Of a stretch of 64,000 nucleotides of DNA, positions 53,771-64,000 are shown in pieces. The notes under the pieces are model-generated. The model saw nothing but the letters and a program-made list of their open reading frames with translations. It had not been told where the DNA came from and did no database searches. Numbering within the stretch: the first letter of the stretch is position 1; each line of letters starts with the position of its first letter. The stretch is from Amoeboaphelidium protococcarum X5. Lineage: Eukaryota > Fungi > Aphelidiomycota. Made by a program: the position numbers and the translations under genes. The stretch is from positions 902,534 to 966,533 of the forward strand of contig JALDTO010000208.1 of the NCBI GenBank assembly GCA_023515725.1, written 5' to 3'.

Positions 53771-55924
53771 TCACAAAACATGCTTTATTGCACAGACTGT
53801 ACCGTCTTTACCGCGACAAATCTAATCACTAGTCATAGACACGAAGCCTTGACCATATCCGGCCAACTATTTCAAATCTTCAACGACGCGGCGAGAGCCA
53901 AAGTACTTATGCTTTGCAGCTCCACTGTCAATAGAGTGTCCCAAAGTAACGCATTAAACACCATCAATACTTATGGTGTTGCCATCAGCCAATACGATGT
54001 TGTAAACTAAAGGCACAGTACTTAGGACAATATCGGAGCTGCATTCAATAGGAAACTTGTATACCTGGTCATCAACAGCGACGGGATGATACGGCGTAAT
54101 CAATAAGTTTCCGTTAGATCCCAGGCGCACAAATGCTTAAAATTCTTACTGCAGCACTGTTTATACCAGACATTCAACTTTAGCAATACCGCTGTCACTT
54201 ACAACTTCATCTCCTTTTTAAATATCTTTGATAGGACACTTTGATCCGTCAGCCATTGCCACCAGACTGTCAGGATGAAAGCATACTCCACCAGAGTTAT
54301 AGTAGCGAGACATATTCACAGGCGCAGCAGAACTAGCAGAACCTCCACGACCAGATGATGCATGACGCTGAATGGAAGGCTTTGGAGCAGGTAATGAGAC
54401 AAAGAGATCAGTCAGCTTCTCCACAGATTCCTTGAATAACACCCCTCCATAGCCTTAAACACCCGGATCCTTAAAGTTATTGCAGAATTGAAGCATATGA
54501 GCAAAACCAAGAGATACCATGTAATGAACACCCCACTTTGAGTACCAGTGATCATTAGACAAGGCCTGGGATACCTGACCCTCAACATCCTTGCAGATAT
54601 TGTCAATGAGTTCGTATTCAATTCTACGACTTTCAATGTCTGCAGGAACTTTGATTTCTCGCTTCTGGACACAGACAGCAAACAATTCAACGACCAGAGC
54701 GGCACGGTAGATCTGAAAAACTTTAAAGTGATCATTTAATGTAGCATCATTAGCAGCCGCTTGCACTGCGGATACTTTAATATGCTTACCATTGATCCCG
54801 TCAAAATTTAAGGTGATATCAACCGGCTAATACTAAAACGAAGAATGCTTAATGTCAAAGACTAACGTAGTATCTTGGCCGTAGCGTAAAGGCTAAACCG
54901 TCACAGTCTAAGACTCCTGCCCAACATTAGTTTTGAAATCTCCAACAACTTTAACATTAGGATTGCTTAAAGTCAGCTGCGGATTCACAGCATATACACA
55001 ACGAGCATTACTCAGAGCATTGACAAATATAGTGCCCACCATTGACGCATCGGGGATGAAACTATACGACCCACAGCCTTCCAGAGCAATGCCCTTCAAG
55101 CATTTAGTGTCCAGTGAATACCCAAAGCCAAATGTGCTCATGGATCCGTAGACAGGATTTTGGTCAAGTTGACGTTTGATCAACTGACGATAATCCAAAT
55201 TGTCAGTAGGGACTCCATCCGTTAAGATGAAGATCGAAGAGAAATGCTCGTGAGACACCTTGGCTGCAGTCTCAATACCCAACTTGATACCTTTGCTCAT
55301 GTAAGTGGAAGCAGTTGGCTGTAGCTGTTGAAGAGCATTCTTGGCCAAAATCTTGCCACCCTTCGTCATCAATGTTGGATCCAGCTCAACGATGGCGTCA
55401 TCAGAGAAGGATATCAGAGACAGCTTGTCATATGCATTCAAAGACTCAATAATTGTCAGGCAGGCGTGCTTGACCAGATCTAATAAAGTCAGGCCATCAG
55501 ATTCTTGATTGGAAATCGTAGCCTCAGTTCCCATAGAGCCAGAAATATCAATGACGCAGCAGACATGAATCGGATGAGGCTTCTTTGAATCAGGGCCACT
55601 GATAGTAACACCCATATAGTTGTTGTGAGTCCATTTCACAACTTTCACTAACTGATCATCCAGAGCGGGCGCCAAGTTATCAGCTTAGGTGGCTGCAGAG
55701 TCAGTTTGCGACAAGTCACCACCACCTTCGATCAAATCCTTCAGAGCTCTATTAGGCAATAGCTAAGCTGCAGTAAGCGGGCGCCTAGTAATTGGGGATT
55801 CTCCATGAATCTACAGCCACTCCAAAATAGCCGTTTTCTCATATGAATTTCCATCTGGATCAATCACAGGATCCTTCATTGGCATCTGAGTGATTGGACA
55901 ACACGGCATAGTACTATGAGGCAT
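53771..55924 (-). CDS. U-box - vWA - Vwaint - Hint/Vint domain protein, 717 aa
   Basis: U-box [12 protein letters not shown]...[11 protein letters not shown]...SPITR...PNRALKDLI; vWA DISGSMG and ILTDG; WGVHY...[12 protein letters not shown]; Hint [21 protein letters not shown]; CVTLGH...HKYFGS. Confidence 0.92.
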
Positions 55925-56354
55925 CCTTAATATATCTTTGAAAATTGAAATATCTGATAAAAATTTAAACTGAAATATGTAAAATAGAAAGAGCGGAAGA
56001 TATCATAGTATGAGAAAGCACGCATGTTATTGTTTGTTACATAGCACAGTAGCAAACACAACTCCTCAATCAATTCAATATGCATTGTTTGACGCGGATT
56101 GCATAACATCAAGGCGAACGCCCATAACACTCATAATAGATCATCGCTGAGCTTCGCTTATAAGTAAATTTCTGAGGTTCTTTGACTTTTTGGTTATACA
56201 GTTGAAAGCGGACTTTGTATATCGCCTCATCATTTTATTAAACGCCGGAATTTATCACATTGATCCGGCCCTTTTACTATACCCCTTAAATTAACAACCA
56301 CCTTTCTTTGCTAATCTGCTCATTTTAAGAAATAATATTTACAATATTCAAAGC

Positions 56355-58022
56355 ATGACAATTTAGAATAGCAAAGAGCGAAAGCATAGCATATTGCAGT
56401 CTATACCAAGTCTATTTCGCGGTGGTAAGAAGAAAAATTAGCTGTCCAATTCCAGGAGTGAGCGCGTATTTACTGATGCACCGGATGTGGATGGCGTTCT
56501 ACTGCGGGGTCATTATTATCTAAACTCTAATCATACGGTGCTCTAGGGAGAGGTACAATGGTGCGTATCCAATTTCTAAATATAGCTGTAATACCGCTCT
56601 ATAACTGGCAAGAATTAAGTAAAAACTATCTACCTTGCAGATGTGCTTGATTTGCACCTGCACACTCAGTTTGAGCCTGTGGCGCCCGTTTTACGCGAGT
56701 CCAAGTCGCCTGTTTAGTCGCCAGCCAACATGATGCGTAAACCATAGTCAGACACCAGCTCTAATGTATCTAGTAGTATGACTTTCCGTGAGTACACTTA
56801 GTAGTATAATTAGGGTGATATTACGAGAAAGAAGTTACTGTGTGTCGTTTACAAGGATTATGAGTTATAGACGTGTAGTATTCTGATTATCCCTCTGGAT
56901 TCTGCATAAGCTCACGATAAGAAGAGGCTTCCTAATGGTGCAATGATTGAGAGAGAATTTCTTAAGCTGAAATCTAATTGGCTTGAGATGTAAGTGGGTG
57001 CTCGAGATTACAGCGACTCCAAGTATCAAATACTCTTCTAGAACCGCGTCGAGCATGCCGAGTCTCTGACTGTCTCTTAGTGGCTCATCACTAAAGATCA
57101 CGTTGTATTGTGTGGTAATGAGTTTGACTTCCCCACTGTAGTACCATTCTAGAATGTATTTGATATTGAGTATCATTCTAGTAGCACTAGTAAAGCTGGT
57201 AACTGTGTCTCTTTCCACTATGCAGAGTATAATGATGCGGTGAAGGACTTCACTGACCGTGTCATTAATGTTACTCAATTTGGACCATTATCTGATTTTT
57301 AAGAAGTGAGTCTGTTGTGGCGACAATGTCTTAACATTAAGATAATAGAGAGTACATTAGAAGATCATCAGTAGTCTGCTTTGACATAGTACATTTTAAA
57401 TCGATTAGAACTATCCACTGGGCAATAAGAATAGAAAGCTAGTGCAGGCGTAACTGCTGCTGGCATTGGATTACGTGCAGAGTCTATGAGCTGGATATAC
57501 ACAAAGCCATTGCCTGAAATTGATGCCGCTGATGATCAGTCTTCGTCTGAATTTAACATGTCCCAGATTGATTATGACGATTTCAGGTAGCTTGAACAGA
57601 GTATCAGGACTCTGGATTTCAACTAGAATGGCGTGTAAGAAGAATAACAAGTGAACTAATCGTAGTAATTCATTGAGGAAGAAGAAGAAGTTTAATGTGA
57701 TGTGCTTGACACTGACACGCTGCCAATTGCTGGACAGCAGTTTGAACTCAGACGGAATACCGTGGCTGTATTTTAGTCTAATAGTCAAGAGTCGTTTTTA
57801 GATCAAGATGGGAATCACATCAAGGATCTGTATGAGGCAAAGTATTCATATCACAGTAATGAAAATGGTGAGCTAAAGTTTAAAAAGGGAGATATCTTAC
57901 GCGTCATCAAGAAGGATGATAGTGGATGGTTCTACTCGTTGAAATTGAAAGAGAGTGGTTAAAGTGTTATAGTCGTTGATGAAGGTTGGGCGCCAAGCAA
58001 CTTTCTTCAACTCCGTCAATGA
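56355..58022 (+). CDS. Hypothetical protein with C-terminal SH3 domain, 555 aa
   Basis: TGA-free frame; YEAKYSY...ELKFKKGDILRVIKKDDSGW...GWAPSNFL. Confidence 0.85.
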
Positions 58023-58382
58023 GAAATTGTATGTCACGAGGAATCAAGTAATGGACAAATTTTATATGGACATTAAAGATATTTGTCATTGACTGTCGGT
58101 GTTAAATTGTTTTGCAATAAAATCAGTTGTATTGAGTTGAACGATGTTTACCAGTTGAATATCTTAACTCTTGAATGCCTCCTTCTTAACGTGAATAAAG
58201 ATCACAGGAGGCGAAATCTATATTTAACCTCCCCTTTTGCGTCCAATCAAGTGATCAATCAGAATAAGGTTATTTTTCATCAGAAGATCACATCATTTTA
58301 AATAGGAATTTTCTTCTTTTAATTCACCTCAATAGTAAACCAGATTTTAATATATTCAATATTATTATTGGTTCAAAAAAAA

Positions 58383-60497
58383 ATGAAATTATCCGTAACT
58401 GCATCATTTGTGCTTGTGGCCCTCGCGCTGTAATCTTAATCTGCTGACGCGCATCGTATCCGCAAAGAGTCATTTGCGCCGCAGATTTCTCAGAGATTCG
58501 TGCATGGCATTCACAAGGGCTTGGATTTGCTGAAGAATAGCGTGTTTGATGCGTGGAAATGGTCGTCGGGAAAGCCTAGGCCGAATGCCGCGATTGGAAT
58601 GGATCTGGTGGCTGATGGGGAAGAAGAATTTGCATACTTGACGCAGGCTTCGTCTGATGCACCTCTTACTATTGCCTAGCGCTTTGTTGAAAGTCAGTTG
58701 GGATTGTAGGCTGAATCTGACTATGTGGTGAGGGATCAGTACACTACTAAACATAATGGAGTCACCCATATCTATTTAAAGCAGATGGTGAATGGTCTTA
58801 CGGTGGAGAATGGTGATGTGAACATCAACATTGATCGCTAAGGACGCGTTGTCAGTTTCGGTGAGAGTACGTACAGAGGTGGTAAGGGCGTGAAATCTTC
58901 TCCCGGCTTTGTCTTACAGAATGATGGTGGTAATGATTATGTCGCTGCTGCTGAAGAATCTTACATCGCCGCTGAGCCTAAAATCTCTGCCACCTAGGCT
59001 GTTGCGTCTCTCGCTAATTACCTGAGTTTGCCTGTGCCTCCTGAGCATCAACAGCTTGTGAAGACTGTCAACTCGCTGAATGGAGAGCCTGAGCAGGTTG
59101 TACTGGGTTTTAACTTTACTCTGAAAAATGGAATCCCAATTAAGAACAAGTATCTGCGCGTCCAATCGGATGACGGTAAAGACAGTCTTGTGCTGGTATA
59201 TGACATTCAGGTCGAGATGGAGGAAAACTGGTATCATGCACACGTTAATGCAGAGGATGGTAAAGTCATTGCTCTAGTTGATTGGGTCAGCGATGCTACC
59301 TATGAGGTGTATCCAGTCGGCGTGAACGATCCGCATGATGGTGATCGTGTAGTGTTGAAGGATCCAGCAAAATTGGCATCTGAAGCTAGTCCTCTTGGCT
59401 GGCACGCTCAAGGTGAAGACGAATCCGACAGGTTCACAACCACAGCTGGTAACAATGTTTATGCTCAGGAAAATCTTGATGGCAAGACTTCTGGGGAGAT
59501 CAACAACTATCGTCCAGATGGCGGTGAAGATCTCGACTTCAGATCCAAAGTTGATCTCAAGAAGAGTCCTAAGACTTATCTCGATGCTGCGATTATCAAC
59601 TTGTTCGTCATGAACAATGTGATGCACGACTTGCCTTATGTTTACGGCTTTGATGAGTAGAGTGGAAACTTTCAGCAGAACAACTTTGGCCGTGGCGGTC
59701 AGGATGGTGATGCTGTGATGGCCAATGCACAAGATGGTGCTGGTATGAACAATGCCAACTTTGCCACTCCACCCGATGGATAGACTCCTAAAATGAGAAT
59801 GTACGTCTGGAACACAGCAAAGCCTTATCGTGATGGTGACTTTGATAATGCCATCATCATTCATGAGTACACTCACGGTATCTCGACTCGTCTGACTGGT
59901 GGTCCTTCAAACTCTGGCTGCCTGGGCTGGGGAGAAGCTGGTGGTATGGGTGAAGGTTATGGTGATTTCATGTCTTTGATTTTGCGTCAACGCGAGCATT
60001 ATAATCGAACCATGGATTTCCCGATGGGCGCATACGCTTCTAATCGTCCAAAGGGTATCAGAAAGTTTGTGTACTCCACCAACATGACCACTAATCCGTC
60101 CACCTATGCTTATACTCGTAAGTTTGCTTACATTGGAGTTCACGCGAAAGGTGAAGTGTTTGCAGCAATGCTCAATGAAATGTACTGGAATCTGGTGGAG
60201 GAATTCGGATTCAGTAATGATCTGTATGATCCACTCTCTACTGATAAGACCCGTAAAATTGATCATCCTGCTGGTAACGTTATGGCTCTACAGCTGTTGA
60301 TTGACTCTATGAAATTGCAGCCATGTCGTCCATCTTTTGTGGATGCAAGAGATGCATTATTATAGGCAGATCAAGTCAATTATGACGGAAAAGCAGCTTG
60401 CGCCATCTGGCGTGGATTCGCCAAGCGTGGACTTGGTATGAAAGCTCGTCCTGGTGGCAGAGAAGACTTCTCTCTCCCTGCCAAGTGCAAAAATTGA
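58383..60497 (+). CDS. Fungalysin (M36) secreted metalloprotease, 704 aa
   Basis: Signal peptide; FTP propeptide ([14 protein letters not shown]); [53 protein letters not shown]. Confidence 0.96.
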
Positions 60498-60731
60498 AAA
60501 TCTAAGTTCAATATAAATCGTACTATACATTGACAGATTTATTAGTCTTGATTCTTTATAACGCTAGACAATTAGATTTTAGCATTTCAACTTGCGCCTG
60601 GACAGTAAAAACGAAAAAATTAGCTGGCAGCTTTCATACTCATTAAATAACTATAAGCTTACCAAAATAGTACAACTGCTAGTTAACTTCAAATTACCAG
60701 CCCTCAGGCAATAATGATAACTAGGAATTAG

Positions 60732-61940
60732 TCAAGGCTAATCAGGAGCAGGTTTCAACAATTGAAAAGCTCTATCATCTTACGAATCAACGCGTTTGAA
60801 CCGATTCGCATCAATGTCTAATGACAAAGATCCATCGGCAGCTTAAGAATCCCCCAGAGGTAGTAGATTGAATTGTCCTCCTGCGATCAATTATTGTTTC
60901 ATTTCAGATTTGAAAACCCATTCAAGTAGAGAGGATGCTCGCGGGTCAGCTTTCAATAGCGAGATGAACATAAACTTGTCCCAATCTGATAAGTCGATTA
61001 TACTTTTGTAAACTTCATCTGCAATATAAGCAGAACAAAAATATAACTTATACGTCCTCAAGGTAGTAAATGCGCCAAATACGGGTTTCATAAAAAGCAT
61101 TTGATGAGCAAATTCTTCCGTGTTTGCGCTGAACACTAGACAGTCCTTCAATTAAGAGTAAGATTTGATGAGTCTGCATTCTGTTACGAGTGACTATACA
61201 TAATCCACAACCTCATCAGGATCTAATGTCAAGCATACACGTGCAGTTCCGCCAACTAGTGAATATCGCCTCTCAACTTCATCGTGGCCAATCTCTAGAT
61301 TCAAAAAATCATGTGCCTCAATCAATTCATCCAGAGACCAAAATGGCATGTAAAAAATAGCAGGTGAACTCTTACTACTGGACTTGAGCCAGCTATAGTT
61401 CGGACAAGTAAAGCAAATCATTTGAGTCCTACGTGGGGAAGCAAAAGGAGGCCCATCATACAGATGAATAGCATCCGGATAATCATTCATGAGATCGACT
61501 TCGTGCCTTTTCTTTAACTATCCGTTTGCACTTCTTGCATGCGCAATATCAAGTACTCCATCTCTTTCTCCCACAAAGGGAGGATAAACAACAACTTGTA
61601 ACAGATATCTTGACTCATCAAAAGAAGCAGTCACTATTTACTTATCAGGATTAGATTCGCGATACTCTTAGAAGAAATGAGCATAGAATACAGACTTTCC
61701 AATTCCTGGAGTTCCAGTTACAGTAGTGATGAATTTTCCCTTGTCCAACGACTGAATGAGATAACCATAGTACTCATCATAACAATCTCGAATGTAATAT
61801 TTTGGATAGGAAGCCTCGTTGGATTGTGGTAATTAACGTTGGGCAGGCGTCATTTCGAACACAGATTCTGCCACCATTCTATCATAGGCTGCATCAAAAG
61901 CAAACGCGTCAAATTTAGTTTTTAGACTCTAATCTCCCAT
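60732..61940 (-). CDS. Crinkler (CRN)-type P-loop NTPase effector-like protein, apparently truncated, 402 aa
   Basis: YIRDCYDEYY, VTGTPGIGKSVFY, HLYDGPP, CFTCPNYSWL, YMPFWSLDEL, RYSLVGGTARVCL, FCSAYIA. Confidence 0.8.
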
Positions 61941-62143
61941 ATCGTAGTCAATACTCTGCGTAAAAATATGAGTATGTTCAGACTTATGGCTTTCGTGTGC
62001 GTACACGCTTGACGCGTCTCTTTTTCCTTTTCAAATCCTCAAGGCGAACGAACGTTCTTGCTATTCCTCAAAGTACCGTACTACGTATCCTTAAACGAAA
62101 TAACGGACATTTATTGCTCTAATATTAATATAAAATTATTAAA

Positions 62144-62507
62144 ATGCACTTTTGGAATTAAGAAGAGCGTGAAGAGAACAAGAAGAAGTTCTAGACTGCA
62201 CCATATGATCCTCGTTTCCCTTCCACTAACCAGGCCAAGAGATGCTTTATCAACTACGTGGACTATTGGAAGTGTGCTAAAGTGAATGGCGAAGAGAATC
62301 CAATTTGCCAAGAATTCAAGTATGTATTCTCAGAGATTTGTCCTCCATTCTGGGTAAGCATATTATCTCTTATTGTGTATTTATTAGATGCAATGTACTT
62401 ATATTTATTGATATTATTCGTGCATGTAGGTGGAGAGTTGGGATGAGTAAAAGGCTGCCGGAAGACACCCAGTGCGTGAGATAAACGAGGTTGACCCAAA
62501 ATTCTGA
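62144..62507 (+). CDS. COX6B: Cytochrome c oxidase subunit 6B (Cox12); join(62144..62353,62430..62507)
   Basis: TAPYDPRFPSTNQAKRCFINYVDYWKC...C...ICPPFW|VESWDEQ; 76-nt intron. Confidence 0.94.
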
Positions 62508-63359
62508 TAGTTGACGAAAGATGAATATATATATATACTTTGATTTTTCGATAGGTTGTTGTTAGATTTCGCTTCTTGTGCTATATATTATAACTGAAGA
62601 TGGACTCAACATACATCATCCTCATTAGAGGTCAAAGATCTTTTTGCGAAAGTAGAAAAACAATTAAAATGGACACAAGGTAGAAAATTCAAAGTAAATA
62701 TGTAGCAAAGATTTTGTCAGCATAGGTAAAGAGTTAACCGTATCCTGACACCCAATCGTTTGCGTCAATCTCCTTCACGCATTGAGGTAAGCGTCATTAG
62801 ATGTAATAAGGCTAATAAGACGCGTAATTTATAATTACAACAATACGGAAGTGTTTAAGCGTTTGTTGAAGAATGAAAAGAATGAAGTGAGGCGACGTCT
62901 CTTTATAAAGCCTTTTTCTCCTCAACCCAAGTGCGAGCGAGACCGTGCTTTGAAGAACGGGCGACGTTGGCGTCTGTCTTGCATCACTATTTCAACTTTC
63001 TGCATACCATCAATCTGTTAGTGTTTCAAGGCCTTCAATTGTATAAAAATATTCATGTATCTTGCTCTATAGTGTGCAGCATTATCATATCCAGCAGAGA
63101 GCATTTCATATCCATTGTTAGAATATTCCGTGATCTAAAAATAGATTATCGTGTCATCACGATGGTGATTGATGTACAATTTATATAATCTTCCAGATTC
63201 ATGGTCATTGCTCGTACCCTGTACACAAGAGTTTTCATTCTGTTAATTTTAAGCATATTTATTACAAGTGCAATTGTCAACTCCTTTATTCTCGATAAGT
63301 CTTAGTTTGTTTAAATTGTCTGCCTTATAGCATTGCCCTTCAAAACAGTGGCTGCGATC

Positions 63360-64000
63360 ATGAAACAATCTGATTACGTTTAAGACTCTCAAGATTCGAT
63401 CGAGGTTGAAGCTGATATCGCCGATACTGCCGTATTGTCAGAGAATGATGTCCTCACAGAGTCTGTGGTGGCTTCGATACGTTTACAGAATGCATAAACA
63501 TCTGTGAGTGTGACAGCGACTGAATAGTAAATGCCTACAATTGTGAAGGAAAACAGTCCCTACATGAAAAAGTAGAAGACATAGACTGATAAGAGTGGCA
63601 GTGACAAGACTAAGAGCAAAGTTATGCATACTGCAGTGATGATGAGCGATGAGATTGTCACATCTAATGCTGCATTTTTGAATCATATGCCATGCTGCAA
63701 GATTTGTTCATAGCCCTTGATCGCGTCTGTTACAGCTTATGATGCATTTGTATCGCCGTGCTATTGTGAGAGCAATGATAGATTTGTTCATCGGCGATGT
63801 CTCTACGCAGCTGCTGCTAATGATGGAATACCTTCTGGCAATGGTTACGCAGATTAGAGTTAGAAATAGCAATAAAATCAACCTAAAGTTCCTTATCACT
63901 GCGATTATTGTAATTACAGCTATACATTGAGACGAGTCTAATTTGGTAAAGCTACTAGACATATATCTGTTGATATTTTATTGACTTTATGTGCAAGTAT
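63360..64000 (+). CDS. RING-CH (RINGv/MARCH-type) E3 ligase, runs off the window
   Basis: CKIC...SPCYC...FVHRRCL...CDYC followed by the start of a hydrophobic segment. Confidence 0.8.

Noticed and set aside
53771-54290. Hint domain as a mobile intein
   Set aside because: No homing endonuclease, no terminal His-Asn and no interrupted host protein; it matches the Vint class.
62600-63330. Short plus-strand ORF from 62600 and a TGA-free minus-strand frame at about 62922-63330
   Set aside because: No recognisable motif, and the minus frame has no well-placed ATG. With a single stop codon, frames of this length arise by chance.

Overview
Gene-dense, intron-poor eukaryotic nuclear DNA from a fungus-related lineage that uses a non-standard genetic code. 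TAA and TAG read as glutamine and TGA is the only stop (ciliate-type, table 6), so the supplied standard-code ORF track is fragmented. Re-reading by hand with TAR=Gln gives about 35 genes. Housekeeping genes include URA2/CAD, DHCR7, ASH2, MPC1, RPL7A, RIO2, PRO1, NEMF/RQC2, VPS36, MIS12, NASP, DUS1 and COX6B, plus one tRNA-Gln(UUG). The more unusual genes are a U-box-vWA-Hint(Vint) putative autoprocessing protein, a single-pass receptor-like TKL kinase, a GT10 fucosyltransferase, a CBM18-like/GH16 enzyme, an SNX9-type SH3-PX-BAR protein, and a fungalysin facing a truncated Crinkler-type NTPase gene. This code combined with fungal-type and early-diverging gene content best fits an aphelid such as Amoeboaphelidium protococcarum; this is an inference and was not verified by search. 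All eight short introns I could model end in TGTAG. Several stretches (about 27.9-29.1, 42.2-43.6 and 45-47.1 kb) look like decayed coding DNA. All family calls come from motif recognition by eye; no database searches were run.
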